From: the human T2T-CHM13v2.0 reference genome, Homo sapiens
Direction: 5' to 3' (one strand)
Length of the DNA stretch: 64,000 bases
Assembly: GCF_009914755.1 (NCBI RefSeq)
Contig: NC_060938.1
The notes beneath the pieces were generated by a model. It had not been told where the DNA came from and did not search any database. It saw nothing but the letters and a program-made list of their open reading frames with translations. A program made the translations under genes and the position numbers. Positions 54,301 to 64,000 of this stretch are shown here, piece after piece; position 1 is the stretch's first letter, and each line of letters opens with the position of its first letter.

Positions 54301-57300
54301 TCAAGTGCAGAAAGCAGCCAAAATTACCATCCATGGGACTGAGCCTTCTGTGGCCCTGGCGAGACTTAAAATTTGTGCCAAGGCAGGACAAGCTCACTCG
54401 GAGCAGCGTGTCAGTAGCTGGGGCCTATGCATGCCAGGCAAGGCCAAGCTGGCTCAAAGAGCAACCAGCCACCTCTGCAAGGGTGCGCCTAGTGCAGGCA
54501 GAGCATCCACCACCTCACCCGCTCGAGGAAGTGGGGATGGCCAGGTTCCCACAGCCTGAGTGTCTGCCACCTTATTGCTGATGGAGCAGAGGCCTTAAGA
54601 AAAGCAGATGGCACTGTGGCCCTACCTTTAGGGTGGAAGAAGTGATGTACATGTCCGGACGCTAATTGGTGACTGGTACACCGGCTCCTGCTACACCTTT
54701 GCAGAGGTGGCTGGTTGCTCTTTGAGCCAGCTTGTCCTTGCCCAGCATGCACAAGTTTCAGTGCAACAACTTTGCCACAAATGGAGCCATATAGAGGAAA
54801 GAAAAAGCAGGTTCAGGAGAAGGGTGTACCCTGCCTTTGGGGCTCCAGTCCATGCCTCAGGTGTCACATGGCACTGCAGGCTTCTTGGTTGCCAAGAGGC
54901 AGACCACAGGCCATCTTGGGGAGGACTTTATATACAAGTGCAGAAAGCAGCCAGGATTACCATCCAGGGGGACCTTCTATAGCCCTGGCCAGACCTTGCA
55001 GAGGTGTCTGGTTGCTCTTTGAGCCAGCTTGGCCTCCCTGGCATGCACAGGCCCCAGGTACTAACACACTGCTCCGAGTGTGCTTGTCCTGCCTTGGCTG
55101 CCACCTAATTCCTGATGGAGCAGTGGCCTTAGGAAAAGCAGATGGCACTGTGGCCCACCTTTAGGGTAGAAGTGATGTACCATGTCTGGCCGTTAGTTGG
55201 TGACTGGTACACCTGCTCCTGGCACACCCTTGCAGAGGTGGCTGGTTGCTCTTTGAGCCAGCTTGGCCTTGCCCAGCATGCACAAGCTTCAGTGCAACAA
55301 CTGTGCTACAAATGGAGCCACAGAGAGGAAACAAGCAGCAGGCTCAGAAACCAGGTGTGCGCTGCCTTTGGGGCTCCAGTCCATGCCTCAGGGGTCGTAT
55401 GGCACTGCAGGCTTCTTGGTTGCCAAGAGGAAGACCACAGGCCGTCTTGATGAGGACTTTACGTTCAAGTACAGAAAGCAGCCAGGATTACCATCCAGGG
55501 GACTCGGCCTTCTGTGGCCCTGGCCAGACATAGAATTTGTGCCAAGGCAGGACAAGCTCACTCGGAGCAGCGTGTCAGTCGCTGGGGCCTATGCATGCCA
55601 GGCAAGGCCGAGCTGGCTCAAAGAGCAACCAGCCACCTCTGCAAGGGTGCGCCTAGAGCAGGCAGAGCATCCAGCACCTCAGCCACACAAGGAAGTGGGG
55701 ATGGCCAGCTTCCCACAGCTTGATTGGCTGCCACCTAATTGCTGATGGAACAGAGGCTTTAGGAAAAGCAGATGGCACTGTGGCCCTACCTTTAGGGTAG
55801 AAGAAGTGATGTACATGTCCGGCTGCTAGTTGGTAGCTCGTGCCCTTGCTCCTGGCACACCCTTGCAGAGGTGACTGGTTGCTTTTTGAGCCAGCTTGGC
55901 CTTGGCCAGCATGCCCAAGCTTCAGTGCAACAACTGTGCTACAAATGGAGCCATATAGAAACGAGCAGCAGGCTCAGGAGCAGGGTGTGCACTGCCTTTG
56001 GGGCTCCAGTCCATGCCTCGGGTCGTACGGTACTGCAGGCTTCTTGGTTGCCAAGAGGCGGACCACAGGCCTTCTTGAGGAGGACTTTACGTTCAAGTGC
56101 AGAAAGCAGCCAAAATTACCATCCATGGGACTAAGCCTTCTGTGGCCCTGGCGAGACTTAAAATTTGTGCCAAGGCAGGACAAGCTCACTCGGAGCAGCG
56201 TGTCAGTAGCTGGGGCCTGTGCATGCCAGGCAAGGCCAAGCTGGCTCAAAGAGCAACCAGCCACCTCTGCAAGGGTGCGCCTAGTGCAGGCGGAGCATCC
56301 ACCACCTCACCCGCTCGAGGAAGTGGGGATGGCCAGGTTCCCACAGCCCGAGTGTCTGCCACCTTATTGCTGATGGAGCAGAGGCCTTAAGAAAAGCAGA
56401 TGGCACTGTGGCCCTACCTTTAGGGTAGGACGCTAATTGGTGACTGGTACACCGGCTCCTGCTACACCTTTGCAGAGGTGGCTGGTTGCTGTTTGAGCCA
56501 GCTTGTCCTTGCCCGGCATGCACAAGTTTCAGTGCAACAACTTTGCCACAAATGGAGCCATATAGAGGAAACAAGAAGCAGGTTCAGGAGAAGGGTGTAC
56601 CCTGCCTTTGGGGCTCCAGTCCATGCCTCAGGTGTCACATGGCACTGCGGGCTTCTTGGTTGCCAAGAGGCAGACCACAGGCCATCTTGGGGAGGACTTT
56701 ATATTCAAGTGCAGAAAGCAGCCAGGATTACCATCCAGGGGGACCTTCTATAGCCCTGGCCAGACCTTGCAGAGGTGTCTGGTTGCTCTTTGAGCCAGCT
56801 TGGCCTCCCTGGCATGCACAGGCCCCAGGTGCTAACACACTGCTCCGAGTGTGCTTGTCCTGCCATGACTGCCACCTAATTCCTGATGGAGCAGAGGCCT
56901 TAGGAAAAGCAGATGGCACTGTGGCCCACCTTTAGGGTAGAAGTGATGTACCATGTCTGGCCATTAGTTGGTGACTGGTGCACCTGCTCCTGGCACACCC
57001 TTGCAGAGGTGGCTGGTTGCTCTTTGAGCCCGCTTGGCCTTGTCCAGCATGCACAAGCTTCAGTGCAACAACTGTGCTACAAATGGAGCCACAGAGAGGA
57101 AACAAGCAGCAGGCTCAGGAACCAGGTGTGCGCTGCCTTTGGGGCTCCAGTCCATGCCTCAGGGGTCGTATGGCACTGCAGGCTTCTTGGTTGCCAAGAG
57201 GCAGACCACAGGCCGTCTTGATGAGGACTTTACGTTCAAGTACAGAAAGCAGCCAGGATTACCATCCAGGGGACTCGGCCTTCTGTGGCCCTGGCCAGAC

Positions 57301-60300
57301 ATAGAATTTGTGCCAAGGCAGGACAAGCTCACTCGGAGCAGCGTGTCAGTCGCTGGGGCCTATGCATGCCAGGCAAGGCCGAGCTGGCTCAAAGAGCAAC
57401 CAGCCACCTCTGCAAGGGTGCGCCTAGAGCAGGCAGAGCATCCAGCACCTCAGCCACACAAGGAAGTGGGGATGGCCAGCTTCCCACAGCTTGATTGGCT
57501 GCCACCTAATTGCTGATGGAACAGAGGCCTTAGGAAAAGCAGATGGCACTGTGGCCCTACCTTTAGGGTAGAAGAAGTGATGTACATGTCCGGCTGCTAG
57601 TTGGTAGCTCGTGCCCTTGCTCCTGGCACACCCTTGCAGAGGTGACTGGTTGCTTTTTGAGCCAGCTTGGCCTTGGCCGGCATGCCCAAGCTTCAGTGCA
57701 ATAACTGTGCTACAAATGGAGCCATATAGAAACGAGCAGCAGGCTCAGGAGCAGGGTGTGCACTGCCTTTGGGGCTCCAGTCCATGCCTCAGGCATCGTA
57801 TGTCACTGTGGGCTTCTTGGTTGCCACGAGGCAGATCACAGGTCCTCTTGAGGAGGACTTTACGTTCAGGTGTAGAAAGCAGCCAGGATTGCCACCCAGG
57901 GCACTCGGCCTTCTGTGGCCCTGGCCAGACTTAGAATTTGTGCCAAGGCAGGACAAACTCACTGGGAGCAGCGTGTTATTTCCTGAGGCGTGCGCATGCC
58001 AGGGAAGCCCAAGCTGGCTCAAAGAGCCACCAGCCACCTGTGCAAGGGTGGGCCTGGACCAGTTGGACCAGCCACCAAGCTCACCTACTCAAGGAAGCAG
58101 GGATGGCCAGGTTGCAACAGCCTGAGTGGCTGCCACCTGATAGCTGATGGAGCAGAGGCCTGAGGAAAATCAGATGGCACATTTAGCTCTTTAATGGATC
58201 TTAAGTTAATTTTTCTATAAAGCACATGGCACCAGTCCATGCCTCAGAGCTCGTATGGCACTGCGGACCACAGCAGGCCGAGTTCCCAGGGTGGCAATCC
58301 TGGCTGCTTTCTGCACTTGAACATAAAGTCCTCCTCAAGATGGCCTGTGGTCTGCCTCTTGGACCTACCTTTAGAGTAGAAGAACGGATGTACCATGTCC
58401 TGAAGCAAGTGAGGTTGGTGACTGGTCCACCTTCTCCTGGCCCAGCCTTGCAGAGGTGGCTGGTTGCTCTTTGAGCCAGCTTGGCCTTGCCCAGCATGCG
58501 CAAAGCTCAGTGCAACTACTCTGCTACAAATGTAGCCACAGAGAGGAAACGAGCAGCAGGCTCAGGAGCAGGTTGTGCATTGCCTTTGGGGCTCTAGTCC
58601 ATGCCTCAAGGGTCGGGTAGCACTGCGGGCTTCTTGGTTGCCTAGAGGCAGACCACAGGCCATCTTGAGGAGGACTTTATGTTCAAGTGCAGAAAGCAGC
58701 CAGGATTACCATCCAGGGGGGCCTTCTGTAGCCCTGGCCAGACCTTGCAGAGGTGGCTGGGTGCTCTTTGAGCGAGCTCGGCCTCCCTGGCATGCACAGG
58801 CCCCAGGTACTAACACGCTGCTCTGAGTGAGCTTGTCCTGCCTTGGCTGCCACCTAACTGCTGATGGAGCAGCGGCCTTAGGAAAAGCAAATGGCGCTGT
58901 AGCCCAACTTTAGGGTAGAAGAAGATGTACCATGTCCGGCCGCTAGTTGGTGACTGGTGCACCTGCTCCTGGCATACCCTTGCAGAGGTGGGTGGTTGCT
59001 CTTTGAGCCAGCTTGGCCTTGCCTGGCATGCACAAGCCTCAGTGCAACAACTGTCCTACAAATGGAGACACAGAGAGGAAACAAGCAGCAGGCTCAGGAG
59101 CAGGGTGTGCGCTGCCTTTGGGGCTCCAGTCCATGCCTCGGGTCGTATGGTACTGCAGGCTTCTTGGTTGCCAAGAGGCGGACCACAGGCCTTCTTGAGG
59201 AGGACTTTACGTTCAAGTGCAGAAAGCAGCCAAAATTACCATCCATGGGACTAAGCCTTCTGTGGCCCTGGCGAGACTTAAAATTTGTGCCAAGGCAGGA
59301 CAAGCTCACTCGGAGCAGCGTGTCAGTAGCTGGGGCCTATGCATGCCAGGCAAGGCCAAGCTGGCTCAAAGAGCAACCAGCCACCTCTGCAAGGGTGCGC
59401 CTAGTGCAGGCGGAGCATCCACCACCTCACCCGCTCGAGGAAGTGGGGATGGCCAGGTTCCCACAGCCTGAGTGTCTGCCACCTTATTGCTGATGGAGCA
59501 GAGGCCTTAAGAAAAGCAGATGGCACTGTGGCCCTACCTTTAGGGTGGAAGAAGTGATGTACATGTCCGGACGCTAATTGGTGACTGGTACACCGGCTCC
59601 TGCTACACCTTTGCAGAGGTGGCTGGTTGCTGTTTGAGCCAGCTTGTCCTTGCCCGGCATGCACAAGCTTCAGTGCAACAACTTTGCCACAAATGGAGCC
59701 ATATAGAGGAAACAAGAAGCAGGTTCAGGAGAAGGGTGTACCCTGCCTTTGGGGCTCCAGTCCATGCCTCAGGTGTCACATGGCACTGCGGGCTTCTTGG
59801 TTGCCAAGAGGCAGACCACAGGCCATCTTGGGGAGGACTTTATATTCAAGTGCAGAAAGCAGCCAGGATTACCATCCAGGGGGACCTTCTATAGCCCTGG
59901 CCAAACCTTGCAGAGGTGTCTGGTTGCTCTTTGAGCCAGCTTGGCCTCCCTGGCATGCACAGGCCCCAGGTACTAACACACTGCTCCGAGTGTGCTTGTC
60001 CTGCCTTGGCTGCCACCTAATTCCTGATGGAGCAGTGGCCTTAGGAAAAGCAGATGGCACTGTGGCCCAACTCTAGGGTTGAAGAACTGATGTACCATCT
60101 CCGACCTGTAGTTGGTAACTGGTGCACCTGCTCTTCCTTGCAGAGGTGGCTGGTTGCTCTTTGAGCCAGCTTGGCCTTGCCGGGCATGTACAAGCTTCAG
60201 TGCAACAACTGTGCTACAAATGGAGCCACAGAGAGGAAACAAGCAGCAGGCTCAGGAGCAGGGTATGCGCTGCCTTCGGCTCTCCAATCCATGCCTCAGG

Positions 60301-61967
60301 GCTCCTATGCCACTGCACGATTCTTGGTTGCCAAGAGGCCAACCACAGGCCATCTTGAGAAGGAGTTTATGTTCCACTGCAGAAAGCAGCCAGGATCACC
60401 ATCCAGGGGACTTGGTCTTCTGTGGCCCTGGCCAGACATAGAATTTGTGCCAAGGCAGGACAAGCTCACTCAGAGCAGCGTGTTAGTACCTCAAATCTGT
60501 GCATGCCAGACAAGGCCAAACTGGCTCAATGAGCAACCAGCCACCTCTGCAGGGGTGCGTCTGGAGGAGGTGGACCAGCCACCAACCTTACCCAGTCAAG
60601 GAAGTGGATGGCCATGTTCCCACAGCCTGAGTGGCTGCCACCTGATGGCTGATGGAGCAAAGGCCTTAGGAAAAGCAGGTGGCCCTTGGCCCTACCTTCT
60701 TGTTAGAAGAACTGATGTTCCATGTCCTGCAGCGAGTGAGGTTGGTGGCTGTGCCCCCAGCTCCTGGCACACCCTCGCAGAGGTGACTGGTTGCTCTTTG
60801 AGCCCTCTTAGCCTTGCCCAGCATGCACAAGCCTCAGTGCTACTACTGTGCTACAAATGGAGCCATATAGGGGAAACGAGCAGCCATCTCAGGAGCAAGG
60901 TGTATGCTGCCTTTGGGGGCTCCAGTCCTTGCCTCAAGGGTCTTATGTCACTGTGGGCTTCTTGGTTGCCAAGAGGCAGACCATAGGCTGTCTTGAGAAG
61001 GACTTTATGTTCAAGTGCAGAAAGCAGCCAGGATTACCACCCTCGGGACTCTGCCTTCTGTGGCCCTGGCCAAACTTAGAATTTGGCCGTAGACAGGACA
61101 AGCTCACTTGGAGTAGCGTGTCTGTAGCTGGGGTCTGTGCATGCCAGGCAAGGCCAAGCTGGCTCAAAGAGCAACCAGCCACCTCTGCAAGGGTGCACCT
61201 AGAGCAGGTGGAGCAGCCACCAGCTCACCCACTCCAGGAAGCCGGGGTAGCCAGGTTCCCAAAGCCTGAGTGGGTGCCACCTAATGGCTGAAGAAACAGA
61301 GGCCTTAGGAAAACCAGATGGCACTGTGGCCCTACCTTTATGGTAGAAGAGCTGATTTAGCCTGACTGGCAGCGTGTGAGGTTGATGGCTGGTCTGCCTG
61401 CTGCTGGCACATCCGTGCAAAGATAGCTGGTTGCCCTTTGAGCCAGCTTGCCCTTGCCCAGCATGCACAAGCCTCAGTGCAACAACTGTGCTACAAATGG
61501 GGCCATATAGAGGAAAGGAGCAGCTGGCTCTGGAGCATGGTGTGCACTCCCTTTGGGCCTTCAGTCCATGTCTCATGGGTCGTATGACACTGCGGGCGTG
61601 TTGGTTGCCAAGAGGCAGACCACAGGTCATCTTGAGGAGGACTTTATGTTCCAGTCCAGAAAGCAGCCAGTGGTACCACCCAGGGGACTTGTGCTTCTGT
61701 GGCCCAGGCCAGACGTAGAATTTGACAAAGTCAGGACAGTCTCAGTCAGAGCAGCATGTCGGTCCCTGGGGCCTGTGCATGCCAGGCAAGGCCAAGCTGG
61801 CTTAAAGAGCAAGCAGCCACCTCTGTTAAGGGTGTGCCTGGAGCAGGTGGAGCAGCCACCAACCTCACCCACTGAAAGAAGCAGGGATGGCCAGGTTCCA
61901 ACATCCTGAGTGGCTGCCACCTGATGGCTGATGGAGCAGAGGCCTGAGGAAAAGCAGATGGCACTGC
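51340..61967. repeat. Macrosatellite-like tandem array, 17 monomers (about 510-720 bp) with internal inverted repeats and higher-order structure
   Basis: Anchor gcagatggcac at about 51987, 52626, 53257, 53973, 54605, 55138, 55768, 56397, 56909, 57539, 58172, 58887, 59517, 60051, 60675, 61315 and 61953. Confidence 0.95.
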
Positions 61968-61969
61968 TT

Positions 61970-62402
61970 TGTAGTGCTGTTCTTTGTCTCTCTTGATCTT
62001 TTTCAGTTAATGTCTGTTTTATCAGAGACTAGGATTGCAAACCCTGCTCTTTTTTGCTTTCCATTTGCTTGGTAAATATTCCTCCATCCCTTTATTTTAA
62101 GCCTATGTGTGTCTTTGCACATGAGATGGGTCTCCTGAATACAGGACAACAATGGGTCTTTACTCTTTATCCAACTTGCCAGTCTGTGTCTTTTAACTGG
62201 GGCATTTAGCCCATTTACATTTAAATTTAGTATTGTTACATGTGAAATTTATCCTGTCATGATGTTGCTAGCTTTTTATTTTTCCCATTAGTTTGCAGTT
62301 TCTTTATAGTGTCAATGGTCTTTACAATTTGATATGTTTTTGTAGTGGCTGGTACTGGTTTTTCCTTTCTACGTTTAGTGTCTCCTTCAGGAGCTCTTGT
62401 AA
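61970..62402 (-). mobile_element. L1 ORF1/ORF2 junction fragment
   Basis: gttttatcagagactaggattgcaaaccctgc...ccttcaggagctcttgtaa. Confidence 0.8.
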
Positions 62403-62584
62403 CACAAGAATGTGGATTTATTTCTTGTAAGGTAAATATGTGGATTTATTTCTTGGGACTGTATTCTATGGCCTTTACCCCAAGAATCATTACTTTTTAA
62501 AATGCAATTCAAATTAGCATAAAACATTTACAGCCTATGGAAAGGCTTGTGGCATTAGAATCCTTATTTATAGGATTATTTTGT

Positions 62585-62890
62585 GTTTTTTTGAGATATG
62601 GTCTTTGTCATCGAGGCAGAAGTGCCGTGGTTTGATCATAATTCACCACAGCCCTGAACTCTTGAGTCCAAGCCATCCTTTTGCCTTAATCTCCCAACCA
62701 GTTGGATCTACAAGCATAAGGCATCATGCGTGGCTAATTTTTTCACGTTTTTTTTTTTTTTTTTTTTTTTTTTTGTCGAGATTATGGTATCACTATGTTG
62801 CTCTGGCTGATCTCAAATGTTTGACCTCAAGGGATCTTTCTGCCACAGTCTCCTAAAGTGCTAGGATTATATGCATGATACACCATGCCT
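62585..62890 (-). mobile_element. Old degenerate Alu
   Basis: ttttgagat...gctaatttttt...aaagtgctaggattat...caccatgcc. Confidence 0.65.
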
Positions 62891-63336
62891 ATTGTAGAGT
62901 ATTACATTATTTTCAAAGTCTTATTGTAAGAGCCATTTATTGCCTTTGGCCTAAATAACTCAATATAATATCTCTGAAACTTTTTTTTGACAAGTTTTGG
63001 GGCATGATGATGAGAGAAGGGGGTTTGAAACTTTCTAATAAGAGTTAACTTAGAGCCATTTAAGAAAGGAAAAAACACAAATTATCAGAAAAACAACAGT
63101 AAGATCAAGTGCAAAAGTTCTGTGGCAAAGATGATGAGAGTAAAGAATATATGTTTGTGACTCATGGTGGCTTTTACTTTGTTCTTGAATTTCTGAGTAC
63201 GGGTTAACATTTAAAGAATCTACATTATAGATAACATTTTATTGCAAGTAAATGTATTTCAAAATTTGTTATTGGTTTTGTATGCGATTATTCTCAGCCT
63301 ACTTCATTATCAAGCTATATTATTTTATTAATGTAG

Positions 63337-63616
63337 TTCGATGATCTTACAGCAAAGCTGAAAGCTGTATCTTCAAAATATGTCTATTTGACTAAAAAGT
63401 TATTCAACAGGAGTTATTATCTATAAAAAAATACAACAGGAATATAAAAAACTTGAAGAGGATAAAAAGATGTTGGAAAAAGTAATATTAAATCTTAAAA
63501 AACATATGGAAACTACACAATGGTGAAGACACATTGGTGAAGTACAAAAATATAAATTGGATCTAGAAGAAAGGGCAATGCAGGCAATAGAAAAATTAGT
63601 AGAAATCCCTTTAAAG
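63337..63616 (+). pseudogene. Decayed ANKRD26/ANKRD18/CCDC144-family C-terminal coiled-coil exon
   Basis: tgtag|TTC GAT GAT CTT ACA GCA (FDDLTAKLKAVSSK)...YKKLEEDKKMLEKVILNLKKHME...GEVQKYKLDLEERAMQAIEKL, donor AAG|gttagt; frameshifted. Confidence 0.7.
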
Positions 63617-63884
63617 GTTAGTTTGTAAAATCAGGTAAGTTTATTTATAATTTGCTTTCATTTATTTCACTGCAAATTATATTTTGGATATGTATATATA
63701 TTGTGCTTCCTCTGCCTGTCTTACAGCAATTTGCCTTGCAGAGTTCTAGGAAAAAGGTGGCATGTGTTTTTACTTTCAAATATTTAAATTTCCATCATTA
63801 TAACAAAATCAATTTTTCAGAGTAATGATTCTCACTGTGGAGTCATTTGATTATTAAGACCCGTTGGCATAAGATTACATCCTC

Positions 63885-64000
63885 TGACTATAAAAATCCT
63901 GGAAGAAAACCTAGGAAATATTCGTCTGGACATTGCACTTGGCAATGAATTTATGGGTAAGTCCTCAAAAGCAATTGCCAGAAAAACGAAAATTGAGAAG
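63885..64000 (+). mobile_element. Old L1 ORF2 fragment running off the window
   Basis: ctataaaaatcctggaagaaaacctaggaaata...caaaagcaattgc. Confidence 0.7.

Noticed and set aside
51340-61967. CRISPR-like or known satellite (alpha, beta, HSAT) interpretation
   Set aside because: Eukaryotic context, monomers over 500 bp, no unique spacers, no cas genes, no 171/68/5-bp periodicity

Overview
Primate (very likely human) segmental-duplication DNA carrying one complete + strand POTE-family gene. Ten coding exons (12623-42285, all phases consistent, one GC-AG intron) give 545 aa: four 37-aa Cys-rich repeats, ankyrin repeats and an acidic/coiled-coil tail. This length and repeat number fit POTEH better than the 3-repeat POTEG/POTEM. 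The terminal exon (from 43794) contains a full-length, uninterrupted beta-actin retrocopy (43995-45122). An apparent 2-nt deletion in exon 10 uncouples it from the POTE frame and leaves an overlapping AUG/UGA. The gene sits among decayed pieces of its ANKRD26/CCDC144-like ancestor (28.3 kb, 45.7 kb, 63.3 kb), a U6 retrocopy, a NOP58 3'-end retrocopy, and many Alu/L1/L2/MER/LTR elements. Downstream (about 51340-61967) is a 10.6-kb array of 17 monomers of about 510-720 bp. Twelve monomers carry a long internal inverted repeat, five have one arm flipped, and the array shows 1.77-kb and 4.91-kb higher-order duplications. This is the most unusual structure in the window. No rRNA, tRNA or CRISPR features were seen. 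Repeat subfamily names and homologue comparisons come from recalled sequences, not database searches.
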